A DNA stretch of 60,573 nt, filler included. It is 7 parts of 7 records of this genome, joined end to end, with 100 filler letters (N's around TTAATTAATTAA, not from the genome) between each part and the next. Parts side by side here need not be neighbours in the genome. Positions count along the whole stretch, not along the records: positions 34,552 to 45,314 come from SRR31156797_28430; positions 45,415 to 50,960 come from SRR31156797_28435; 5 more parts are not named here. One strand, written 5' to 3'. A program made the position numbers and the translations under genes. The notes beneath the pieces were generated by a model, which saw only the letters and a program-made list of their open reading frames with translations, was not told the origin of the DNA and searched no databases. This document shows positions 40,415-48,908 of this stretch, in pieces. Numbering within the stretch: position 1 is the first letter of the stretch; each line of letters starts with the position of its first letter.

Positions 40415-41867
40415 CGGGCACCCTCATTGCGGGAAAGCGTTCTCTGAGTATGTCTCTCAGGTATTTCCTGTTTCTGAAGCGCTCGGCCTGGTTCTCTTTG
40501 AAGAAGCAGACCTGCCGCAGTTCATCCAGCAGGACCTCCAGATCATCGTCGCCCGCCGGGGTGTCCACGCGGAAGATCCTTTCGTATTCGGTCTGGGTCG
40601 GCTCCTCCTCTTCGGTCCAGAGCCGCTCCACGACCTTCTCCCCGGGGCGCATGCCGATGTATTGGACGGGGATGTCCTCTTCCTTATAACCGTAGAAGCG
40701 GATCATCTGCCTGGCCAGCTCCAGGATCCTGATGGGCTCTCCCATATCCAGGATATAAAGGCCACGGTTCTCTCCTACCCCTCCCGCCTTCAGGACGAGG
40801 GAGGCCGCCTCGGGTATGGTCATAAAGTAGCGCGTGGTTTCGGGATGGGTGACCGTCACAGGGCCCCCGGCCAGGATCTGTTTCTTGAACAGGGGGATGA
40901 TGCTTCCCCGTGAGCCCAGGACGTTGCCGAAGCGGACGACCATAAAGTCCTGCCCCTTCTTCTTCTCCTCCAGGACAAGGGTTTCGGCTATCCTTTTGGT
41001 GACCCCGTAGATGCACGAGGGATTGACGGCCTTGTCCGTGGATATCAGAACGAGCTTGGCCGTTCCCGCCTTTTCGGCGGCCCTTATCAGATTGTAGGTT
41101 CCGAAGACGTTGTTCTTTATCGCCTCAACAGGATTCTGTTCCAGCATGGGCACATGCTTGTGGGCCGCGCAGTGGAAGATGACGTCCGCCTTGAGGCGCC
41201 CCAGGATGAAATCGGTGAACTCCCGGTCCTGCAGATCTCCTATGACGGGAACCACCGTGGCCTTCTCGCCCACGCCCCCCTCCTGAAGGAGGCGAAGCTC
41301 CCTGTCTATGCGGTAGATGCTGTTTTCGCCGTGTCCCAACAGGTACAGGCGCTCGGCGCCGCCCGAAAGGAGCTGGCGGGCCAGTTCGCTGCCGATGCTT
41401 CCTCCCGCCCCTGTGATAAGAACGCGCTTCCCCCTCAGGTAGGAGAGGCTCTCCACCAGGTCGATCAGCACGGGATCCCGGCTGAGCAGATCTTCGGGGT
41501 TGATGTCCCTGGCCTGTATCAGATGGGCATGGCCGTTGACGATCTGCGAAATATTGGGGAGTATCCTGATCCTGTTGAACTCCGCCCTGCTGAGAGTGCG
41601 GTATATGCCCGCCAGCTCCTCGCGGCTGGCCGTGGGGATGGCTATGATGGCCTCGTCGGCGGGAGTGGTGCCCAGGATTCCGGCGAACTCCTTGATGGGG
41701 CCGAGTACGGGGATCCCGCCGGGCTTGGTACCTATCTTTTCAGGATCGTCATCCAGGAAGGCCACTACCTCTCCGATGTGCTTCTTGACGCTTATCTCCT
41801 GAGCTATGTTCTGACCGGCGAATCCGGCGCCTATGATGAAAATTCTGTTCCCTTTCTTATTGCTCAC
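40395..41867 (-). CDS. PglF/CapD-like UDP-GlcNAc 4,6-dehydratase lacking the N-terminal membrane domain
   Basis: IIGAG, EDLL.R, TGAGGSIGSEL, AAHKHVP, ISTDKAVNP..IYGVTK, VRFGNVLGSRGS, RYFMTIPEA, GMRPGEK. Confidence 0.95.
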   Translation of the reverse strand: MSNKKGNRIFIIGAGFAGQNIAQEISVKKHIGEVVAFLDDDPEKIGTKPGGIPVLGPIKEFAGILGTTPADEAIIAIPTASREELAGIYRTLSRAEFNRIRILPNISQIVNGHAHLIQARDINPEDLLSRDPVLIDLVESLSYLRGKRVLITGAGGSIGSELARQLLSGGAERLYLLGHGENSIYRIDRELRLLQEGGVGEKATVVPVIGDLQDREFTDFILGRLKADVIFHCAAHKHVPMLEQNPVEAIKNNVFGTYNLIRAAEKAGTAKLVLISTDKAVNPSCIYGVTKRIAETLVLEEKKKGQDFMVVRFGNVLGSRGSIIPLFKKQILAGGPVTVTHPETTRYFMTIPEAASLVLKAGGVGENRGLYILDMGEPIRILELARQMIRFYGYKEEDIPVQYIGMRPGEKVVERLWTEEEEPTQTEYERIFRVDTPAGDDDLEVLLDELRQVCFFKENQAERFRNRKYLRDILRERFPAMRVPDDEPEY

Positions 41868-42024
41868 GAAATCAAGAATAACACAGGGCGCACCGTTCGT
41901 TAATAGAGCTCTTAAGAAAAATACCTGCCTTTTCTTTCTTAAAGGGGATTTCCAAAACGCCGATAATAAGAAAAATAAGCAGGTCCGCCCCGTCTCCGCG
42001 GGGAGAGAGGGACAGGAGAGATAA

Positions 42025-42468
42025 ATGAAACCGGGTTTTTTTAAGAGAGAGATACTGATTCTGGCGCTGAGTCTTTTTATGTTGAGTTCGTCTTGGGCTC
42101 AGACCGTCCTGGTACACTCGCCCGGAACCGACGGGGAGGATGAAACCCTGGCCCTCCAGTCCCAGTCGGCTGAGTCAGGTATCATGAACGTCCTGTTCGA
42201 CCGGGGATTCATCATCTTCTCCGACGCTTCGGATGCGGATGAACAGGGGCAGCGTTCCATGGCCGCAAAGGTCGGCTGCGAGTACATCCTCAGCTGGCGG
42301 CTCTCGGAAGGGGGAGTGACGGGCCGTTTGATCAGTCTGAACGGCGCCTCGTCAGCGCCTTCAGCCGTGGGCGAAAGCGAGCTTGACGGCCTGTACGGCG
42401 ATACGGGCGAGCTCTACGCCGCTCTGGGCGGACGCCTGTGCGAGTCCCTTGTGGGAGAGGTTCAGTAA
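42025..42468 (+). CDS. Secreted hypothetical protein
   Basis: Signal peptide ending SWA; SD AGGAG; first gene of a divergent operon. Confidence 0.7.
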   Translation: MKPGFFKREILILALSLFMLSSSWAQTVLVHSPGTDGEDETLALQSQSAESGIMNVLFDRGFIIFSDASDADEQGQRSMAAKVGCEYILSWRLSEGGVTGRLISLNGASSAPSAVGESELDGLYGDTGELYAALGGRLCESLVGEVQ

Positions 42469-42477
42469 AAGAGGAGC

Positions 42478-43650
42478 ATGATCATGAAGTCAGTCATCAA
42501 TATATGTAAGAAGTTTCTGCCCGTTCTGCTGCTGGTTACGGCAGCGGCCGGACTGAGCGCAGAGGCCATGTGGTCCGGAAACGCCTCGGTCGATGCGGGC
42601 GAGTTTGTAAACTTTATAGACGATTATCCTCTGGCGGGAGCCTCCAGCTCCTTTACCAGGAACACGAGGATCCGCGTCGTTAACCCTCAGAACGAAAAGT
42701 CCGTAGAGGTCACCATCGTCAAACGCGCGCCCCGTCCCGGGATATTCCTTGTCCTCAGCGAACAGGCCGCGGCGGTGCTGGATATGCCTGTGGATCAGGT
42801 CCTGCCCGTTCAGGTCCAGGTCCTGACTCCCGAAGAAAACAGAAGCTACGAAGAGTTCAACAGCATGGATCCCGATATCAATCCCGCCGTATCCGTGCCC
42901 GAAGCGGGGACGGACGAGATCGCTGCGGGAGACGGAGGGGAGGCCGGCGGTATTCCTGAGGAACTCGCTCCCGACGAAGAGCTTGTCTCCGGCACGAGCG
43001 CCCCCGGGCTTTTCCCGGAGGATGTGGTCCCCGTCCCCGTTCCCGAGGACAGCCTCCGCATGGAGAGGACCGAAGAGCCCGAGCCGGCGCCCGGAATCGT
43101 CGAAGCCCCCGAGGAACCGGCGGCCGAGATCCATGATCCCGTAGAAACCGCCGATATGATCCTTCCCGTCGAAGAGGGCGGGGCGGACGAGGATTTCGAG
43201 GCCCCGGCGGAGAGGGACGCCCCCGCCGCCGTGGACCTGACCATGGAGGAAGAGCTGAACGGCGATGTCCTTCCCTCGGGCGAGAACGTCATCTACTTCC
43301 TGACTCCCTCCGATTTCAGGCCCCCCACCGGGCCCGCGACCGTAAGGGAGGAGAAGGAGGAGATCGTTCCTGTTCTTGTGGACCGCAGCGCCCTGGAAGA
43401 CTATATCGTCTCCAATCTGAATAACGGCTCCTCCTATATCCAGCTGGGAGCCTACAGCAGCCCCGAGAGCATCTACAGCGAGATCGAGGCCATCGAGGCG
43501 CGCTACCCCATGGTCGTATGGACCGAGAACAGGGACGGGGCCAGAATCTACAAGCTCCTCATCGGCCCCCTGACCAGGGATGAGACAGGCGTTCTCTCCT
43601 ACCGCTTCCGCGATTCGGGTTATGCCGACCTTTTTCTGTACAAACCATGA
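42478..43650 (+). CDS. Secreted protein: RlpA-like DPBB domain, acidic linker, C-terminal SPOR domain
   Basis: TRIRVVNPQNEKSVEVTI..LSEQAAAVL; E/P/A-rich linker; YIQLGAYS...YKLLIGP. Confidence 0.75.
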   Translation: MIMKSVINICKKFLPVLLLVTAAAGLSAEAMWSGNASVDAGEFVNFIDDYPLAGASSSFTRNTRIRVVNPQNEKSVEVTIVKRAPRPGIFLVLSEQAAAVLDMPVDQVLPVQVQVLTPEENRSYEEFNSMDPDINPAVSVPEAGTDEIAAGDGGEAGGIPEELAPDEELVSGTSAPGLFPEDVVPVPVPEDSLRMERTEEPEPAPGIVEAPEEPAAEIHDPVETADMILPVEEGGADEDFEAPAERDAPAAVDLTMEEELNGDVLPSGENVIYFLTPSDFRPPTGPATVREEKEEIVPVLVDRSALEDYIVSNLNNGSSYIQLGAYSSPESIYSEIEAIEARYPMVVWTENRDGARIYKLLIGPLTRDETGVLSYRFRDSGYADLFLYKP

Positions 43651-44381
43651 TGGACAGCAGCGAAAACCAGATGGTCGCTGCCCTGTCCCGTTCGGGCTGG
43701 GGCTGTGAGTCGCCCGCCACATACCGCATCGATATGGATGACAGGTTCAGAGCTCTCTGGGAGAGGGTAGCCCCCCATACCATGATCTCCATGGAGAGGG
43801 GCTACGCCCTCTACGGCGCCGTCCGCTACGTACTGGACCGGAACATACCGGGGGATTTCGTGGAGTGCGGCGTCTGGCAGGGGGGCAGCTGTATGCTCAT
43901 GGCCCTGACCCTGATGGACGCCGGGGCCGAACCCAGGCCTATCTGGATGTACGACACCTACAGCGGTATGACAGAGCCGGGGGAAGAGGACCGCATCGCG
44001 GCCTCGGGGCAGGCCGTATCCGAGCGCTGGTCCGAAGGCTGGTGGGCCGCCGGGACAGAGCAGGTCCGTTCCCACCTGGAAAAAACCGGCTATCCCATGG
44101 CGTTGTTCAATCTTATAAAAGGGGACGTGTGCGAAACCCTGGACTCCCGGGCGCCCGAACGGTGCGCCCTTCTGAGGCTGGACACCGACTGGTATGCCTC
44201 TACGAAGAAAGAGCTGGAAGTCCTCTATCCGAAGCTGGGCCGGGGAGGCATCCTGATTATCGACGATTACGGCCACTTCAGCGGAGCCAGGCAGGCCGTG
44301 GACGAGTATTTCTCCGATCCCCTCTCCCGTCCCTTCTTTCAGAGGTCCGACTATACGGGCCGCTGCGCCGTCAAGCTTTAA
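43647..44381 (+). CDS. TylF/MycF/NovP-family O-methyltransferase
   Basis: TMIS.ER, IPGDFVECGVWQGGS, YDTYSGM, LLRLDTDWY.ST, IIDDYGH..GARQAVDEY. Confidence 0.93.
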   Translation: MMDSSENQMVAALSRSGWGCESPATYRIDMDDRFRALWERVAPHTMISMERGYALYGAVRYVLDRNIPGDFVECGVWQGGSCMLMALTLMDAGAEPRPIWMYDTYSGMTEPGEEDRIAASGQAVSERWSEGWWAAGTEQVRSHLEKTGYPMALFNLIKGDVCETLDSRAPERCALLRLDTDWYASTKKELEVLYPKLGRGGILIIDDYGHFSGARQAVDEYFSDPLSRPFFQRSDYTGRCAVKL

Positions 44382-44611
44382 ACGAATAACAGGAAAAATA
44401 ATCCGAGGCTATAAGGCGAAAATAGAGAATCGCAGCCAAAAACCGGCTTAAATTTCAATACTGAGGCGAATCGGCTTTACCCTGTCGAACTCCATAACAC
44501 CCAAAACCAGTCGAATCGCTTAAAACAAACCCCAAACACCGAAAGACCTGAAAAAGAAGATACTTTTCCCGCCTGCCAATCCATGAGAATCAATCAGTTG
44601 GCGATAAAGGA

Positions 44612-45154
44612 TTAAAGCCAGGTGGGGGGGCGCCCCTGTTTTACAAGATGTCGCAGAATGCGGTCTATCGCCTCAGGCTCTTGTATAACTGCGATTTCTT
44701 TCATTTTTGAGATTTCCGCAAAAAGCTTTCTGTCGCGGCGGAAGAATACCCGCAGAGCCTTCGGGAAAGTAAACACGAACTGTCGATGCGGAAGATACAG
44801 AAGGACTTCCTTATCAAGGTGTTCGGCAAAAAGGAGCGCCCTTTTTCGGCTGCGGGTGAGGCAACGATAGAATCCCTTGCAGGAGATAGGGCGGAAATAG
44901 TCGTGACTACAGTCCGGATTAGTGCAACGAATACGGGCTATTCCCCGTCGATAATCGCCGCAGGTAAGAAAGTTCTCGGCAACTGTCCGGACCCGCTCCA
45001 GGCGGAATTTCACGTATACGCCGGTATATGCCTCATCACATCGGCTGTAGAAATCGTTGAAATGTCTCCCAAAAACAATAAGCAGAGTGTTTCTTCCCCG
45101 AGGGAGGTACCCGGGTTCCTGTTTTCTCTGTGTGAAATTGTTCTGTATATCCAC
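44612..45154 (-). mobile_element. IS91-family (Y2) transposase remnant, internally deleted
   Basis: Zn-binding N-terminus FLTCGD..RG.ARIRC..PDC......SCKG and HRQFVFTFPK.LR joined directly to the C-terminal M..IAVIQ....IDRILRHL; GC lower than flanking host genes. Confidence 0.8.
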
Positions 45155-45285
45155 AGAAAATATTACCGCGGATATTCACCAATTGTTTCACCAAAAGATA
45201 AATTTAATCAGAATTCCAAAGAACTCACGAAGTCTTAGGGTTCTCGAGGACAAAAAATGCCCTCAAATCCATGACTGCTAAAGCA

Positions 45286-45314
45286 GCTTAACTTCCGTGT
45301 TCGGGATGGGAACG
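45286..45314 (-). rRNA. rrf: 5S rRNA internal fragment (loop C region) at the contig end, without a normal 3' half
   Basis: Minus strand CGTTCCCATCCCGAACACGGAAGTTAAGC is the conserved bacterial 5S segment. Confidence 0.7.
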
Positions 45315-45414
45315 NNNNNNNNNNNNNNNNNNNNNNNNNNNNNNNNNNNNNNNNNNNNTTAATTAATTAANNNNNNNNNNNNNNNNNNNNNNNNNNNNNN
45401 NNNNNNNNNNNNNN
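45315..45414. other. Artificial contig linker
   Basis: N-run + TTAATTAATTAA + N-run. Confidence 0.99.
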
Positions 45415-45587
45415 GAACAAGTTCTCAACTTCCCGGTCTTACTAGCATTTTTAAGCCAAAACAAAAGCCATTTAAAAAGTGGCCGATCTACCCATATTGC
45501 ACAAAAACATCATTTATGATTTTGATGTATTATGTTTATTAATTTGGAGACGCAACAATTTGTATAAAACGTAATTGACTTTATACT

Positions 45588-45797
45588 TTACCCTTGTTTC
45601 GCTGCTAATAGCTCTTTGTTTTTATCGCTCCATTTTTTGCATGCTGCATAAGTAGTTTCTGCAACGGAAGGGATATCTTCGAAATCCATTAATAAACGAT
45701 CTTCTACTAAATCGTGCAGTTCAGTGGCTTGCTGACTGGCTTTAAACTTGAGTTTGTTTACTTCTTTTTCAAGTTCTTTTATTTCGTCTGTTGTCAT
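45588..45797 (-). CDS. CCE_0567 / Rop-like family small protein (typically nif-associated)
   Basis: LEKEVNKLK..ASQ....LHDLVED......IP.VA..TY.A helical-hairpin pattern. Confidence 0.7.
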   Translation of the reverse strand: MTTDEIKELEKEVNKLKFKASQQATELHDLVEDRLLMDFEDIPSVAETTYAACKKWSDKNKELLAAKQG

Positions 45798-45803
45798 ATC
45801 GGT

Positions 45804-46055
45804 TTATTTTTCTTCGTTACTAATTGTGGTAATGGAAGTAATTTTTTCCCAATCGTAATAAGTGTTGCTGGTTTTGCCATCGCTGCATTCCGATATCCAA
45901 ACAATGTTTTCTTCCAGAAAAACGGTAGCATTTTTAAATACCTTACCTTCGTTTATTTGTAATTCAACACCTTTGCGTTGTTTGCGCGATAAAGTTCCAT
46001 GTAAAGGCATTGTAGCGTATTCCAGTACCTTTTCCCAAGTTTGTTTAATTTCCAT
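45804..46055 (-). CDS. Hypothetical protein, 83 aa
   Basis: Protein-like ORF 6 nt upstream of the CCE_0567-like gene; A-rich, SD-less start typical of Bacteroidota. Confidence 0.7.
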   Translation of the reverse strand: MEIKQTWEKVLEYATMPLHGTLSRKQRKGVELQINEGKVFKNATVFLEENIVWISECSDGKTSNTYYDWEKITSITTISNEEK

Positions 46056-46310
46056 TTGAATATGATTTTAAGATTAATTGGCAAAGCATTTTCAAATAGT
46101 AAACCGTTATTGCTAAGCCTCTGAAAATTAGGATGTGGAATTTGTATTTCCCACAAATATGTAAGATAATAGAGTAATGACTTACTTAAATGAAGGAAAA
46201 AAGAAATTCCTTTGGTGATTCTAAAAGCTATAAGGACAGAACTACATGCATATGATAATATTGTACATAAAATGATATGATACCTCATTCATTAAATAAG
46301 TTAGAGTAGC

Positions 46311-46318
46311 TATTTTTG
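46311..46318 (+). promoter_or_regulatory. Bacteroidota housekeeping promoter -7 element
   Basis: TATTTTTG matches TAnnTTTG, ~80 nt upstream of GH35. Confidence 0.5.
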
Positions 46319-46398
46319 CTTATTAGGGATGTATTGTCTTGCGTAGAATATTTTAAAAGTAAGATGATTTAGTCCATAAAGAATAAAAATTTAAATCT

Positions 46399-48807
46399 AT
46401 GAAACAGTTATTAAATCTATTAGGATTCATACTTATACTTTTAGTTTTTAATCAATATGGTGTAAAAGCACAAAGTACCTATCAAATTGATATCGATAAG
46501 GCTGAAAAGGAAATTATACGGGGGCATCTTGATTTGGGAGGAACGAATCCTGCAGGAGAGGAAATTGCTGTCAATAGTTATTTTATAGAGAAGGATGGAA
46601 AGCCGTTTTTTCCGGTAATTGGTGAGTTTCATTATGCCAGATATCCCCAGGAATATTGGGAGGAAGAAATCCTGAAAATGAAATCGGGAGGAATAAATGT
46701 AATTGCTTCTTATGTCTTTTGGAATCTTCATGAACGCAAAGAGGGACAATTTGACTGGAGTGGTGATTTAAACCTTAGAAAATTTATTGAGTTAGCTCAT
46801 AAACACCAAATTTACACCATCGTTCGAATGGGACCATTCTGTCACGGAGAAATGCGTAACGGCGGTTTGCCAGATTGGTTGTATGGTCGTGAATTTGAGG
46901 TAAGGAGTAATGATCCGGAGTACCTGGAATACGTGGATGTTTTATATGGCCAGATTGCCCATCAAATCAAGGGACTTTTGTATAAGGATGGCGGATCAAT
47001 TATAGGAGTTCAGCTCGAAAATGAATATCAGCATTCAGCAGCACCATGGGAGTTTACCTTTCCAGGAAGCGAGAAGGAATACACGGTGGCCGATCTTGAT
47101 GCAGCTTTAGCTCATGAGCAAATTACGGTTACCGATGGTATGAATCCAAGATTCGAATATGGAAAAAAGCATATGAACCATCTAAAGGCGATGGCCAAAA
47201 AACATGGTGTTGATGTACCTATTTACACCGCAACAGGATGGGGGAATGCGACGATTGTGGAAAAAGGAAGTATTCCGGTTACGGCGGGCTATGCGTATCC
47301 TTTCTGGACTGATCCACATCCGTCATCATTTTATTTGTTTAAAGACATTCATAAATACCCCGATTACAGTCCGGTGAGTTATAATACCGATTTATATCCT
47401 TCAATTCCTTGTGAGATTGGTCCAGGAATTCAGCCTAAATTTTCGCGTAGACCCATTGTGGCTTACGAAAGTGTGAATCCTTTGATGGTTCGTATTATTG
47501 GCAGTGGTTCCAATGGAATTGGCTATTATATGTATCATGGCGGAACAACACCTCAATACGATGGCAAATTCTATAATGAAGAAGTAAACGGTATAACCCG
47601 TATGAATTACGATTTTCAGGCACCATTGGGACAATATGGTCAGGCACGATACCATTACAAGCATTTAAGAATGCTCCATATGTTTTTGGATGCTTACAGC
47701 GAAAAGCTGGCGCCTATGAAAACTATTTTGCCGGAAACCAATGCTGCCATTACACCCGATAATGCAGAAACATTGAGATATGCGGTTCGTTCCTATGGAG
47801 AATCCGGGTTCTTGTTTATGATTAATTTTCAGGATCATTTGGAAGTCAAAAACATGGAAGATGTGAGTATTCAGATAAAAACAGCTCATAAAAGCATATC
47901 CTTTCCTGTAAAAGGTTCTTTTGATGTACCGCAAGCTATGAGTGCTATATTTCCATTTAATTTAAAATTAGAAAAGGCGACAATTCTATCGGCAACTGTG
48001 CAACCGCTTAGTATTTTGCATCAGAGCAAGGGCAATTATTACGTTTTTTCTGCCATTGATGGTATTTGTCCTGAGTTGAATTTTGCTGCGGAAACAAAGA
48101 TTGCCAAAATAAATAATGCCCGGGTTGAAAATGTTGGCGGTATTAAATCCATTAAAGCCAAAAATGATAGGCCTTTTTCTTTTGAAGCCAACGGGGTTCA
48201 TTTTATGATATTACCGCAATCTATGGCTATCAATGCATTAAAAGTAAACGAAGAATTGATCATCTCGGAAGCGATGGTTCTGGATAATCAAGATCAATTG
48301 CAACTCATCACGCATAAAACAGCTAATACCTTTCATGTTTTTCCGGCGCGGGAAATTGAAGAATGTTCTGCCTATTTAAAAAAGGAAAAAGCTATTTTCA
48401 AAGGCTTTGCATCGTATGCTGTTTCCTTTGATGAAATTAAACCTGATATTCAATTCAAAAAGGTTTCTGAGCGGAAGTACACCTTGTCCTTACATTCAGA
48501 TATTTCACAATTGAATGATGTTTTTGTAGATATTGATTACGTGGGAGACCGTGGCCTGGCTTTTATAAACGGGGAAATGATTACCGATCATTTATACCAG
48601 GAGAAAAAATGGGAGATTGGACTAAAAAACTTTGCTTCGCAGTTGAAAGAAGATAAGATGGTGTTGATTTTTCATCCGATGTATTCGCACTATACTTACC
48701 TGGAAGATTTAAAATCAGTGCCTGAGTTTGAGGACGGGAAATATTTAAAGGTGAATGGTATGGATATCATACCGGAATATAAAGCGGAAATCAGGTTTAA
48801 AAAATAA
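46399..48807 (+). CDS. GH35 beta-galactosidase
   Basis: Signal peptide, GEFHYARYP, YVFWNLHE, RMGPFCHGE.RNGGLPDW, QLENEY, YYMYHGG, YDFQAPLG. Confidence 0.93.
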   Translation: MKQLLNLLGFILILLVFNQYGVKAQSTYQIDIDKAEKEIIRGHLDLGGTNPAGEEIAVNSYFIEKDGKPFFPVIGEFHYARYPQEYWEEEILKMKSGGINVIASYVFWNLHERKEGQFDWSGDLNLRKFIELAHKHQIYTIVRMGPFCHGEMRNGGLPDWLYGREFEVRSNDPEYLEYVDVLYGQIAHQIKGLLYKDGGSIIGVQLENEYQHSAAPWEFTFPGSEKEYTVADLDAALAHEQITVTDGMNPRFEYGKKHMNHLKAMAKKHGVDVPIYTATGWGNATIVEKGSIPVTAGYAYPFWTDPHPSSFYLFKDIHKYPDYSPVSYNTDLYPSIPCEIGPGIQPKFSRRPIVAYESVNPLMVRIIGSGSNGIGYYMYHGGTTPQYDGKFYNEEVNGITRMNYDFQAPLGQYGQARYHYKHLRMLHMFLDAYSEKLAPMKTILPETNAAITPDNAETLRYAVRSYGESGFLFMINFQDHLEVKNMEDVSIQIKTAHKSISFPVKGSFDVPQAMSAIFPFNLKLEKATILSATVQPLSILHQSKGNYYVFSAIDGICPELNFAAETKIAKINNARVENVGGIKSIKAKNDRPFSFEANGVHFMILPQSMAINALKVNEELIISEAMVLDNQDQLQLITHKTANTFHVFPAREIEECSAYLKKEKAIFKGFASYAVSFDEIKPDIQFKKVSERKYTLSLHSDISQLNDVFVDIDYVGDRGLAFINGEMITDHLYQEKKWEIGLKNFASQLKEDKMVLIFHPMYSHYTYLEDLKSVPEFEDGKYLKVNGMDIIPEYKAEIRFKK

Positions 48808-48908
48808 TCAGTGAGGATAGTTCGGCTTAGTTTTTTTCTTTCATCAGGAAAAAAAAGTCAGAGTACTAGGGATGAAGATTTAAATAGGAAACAATAAATA
48901 AACAAACT

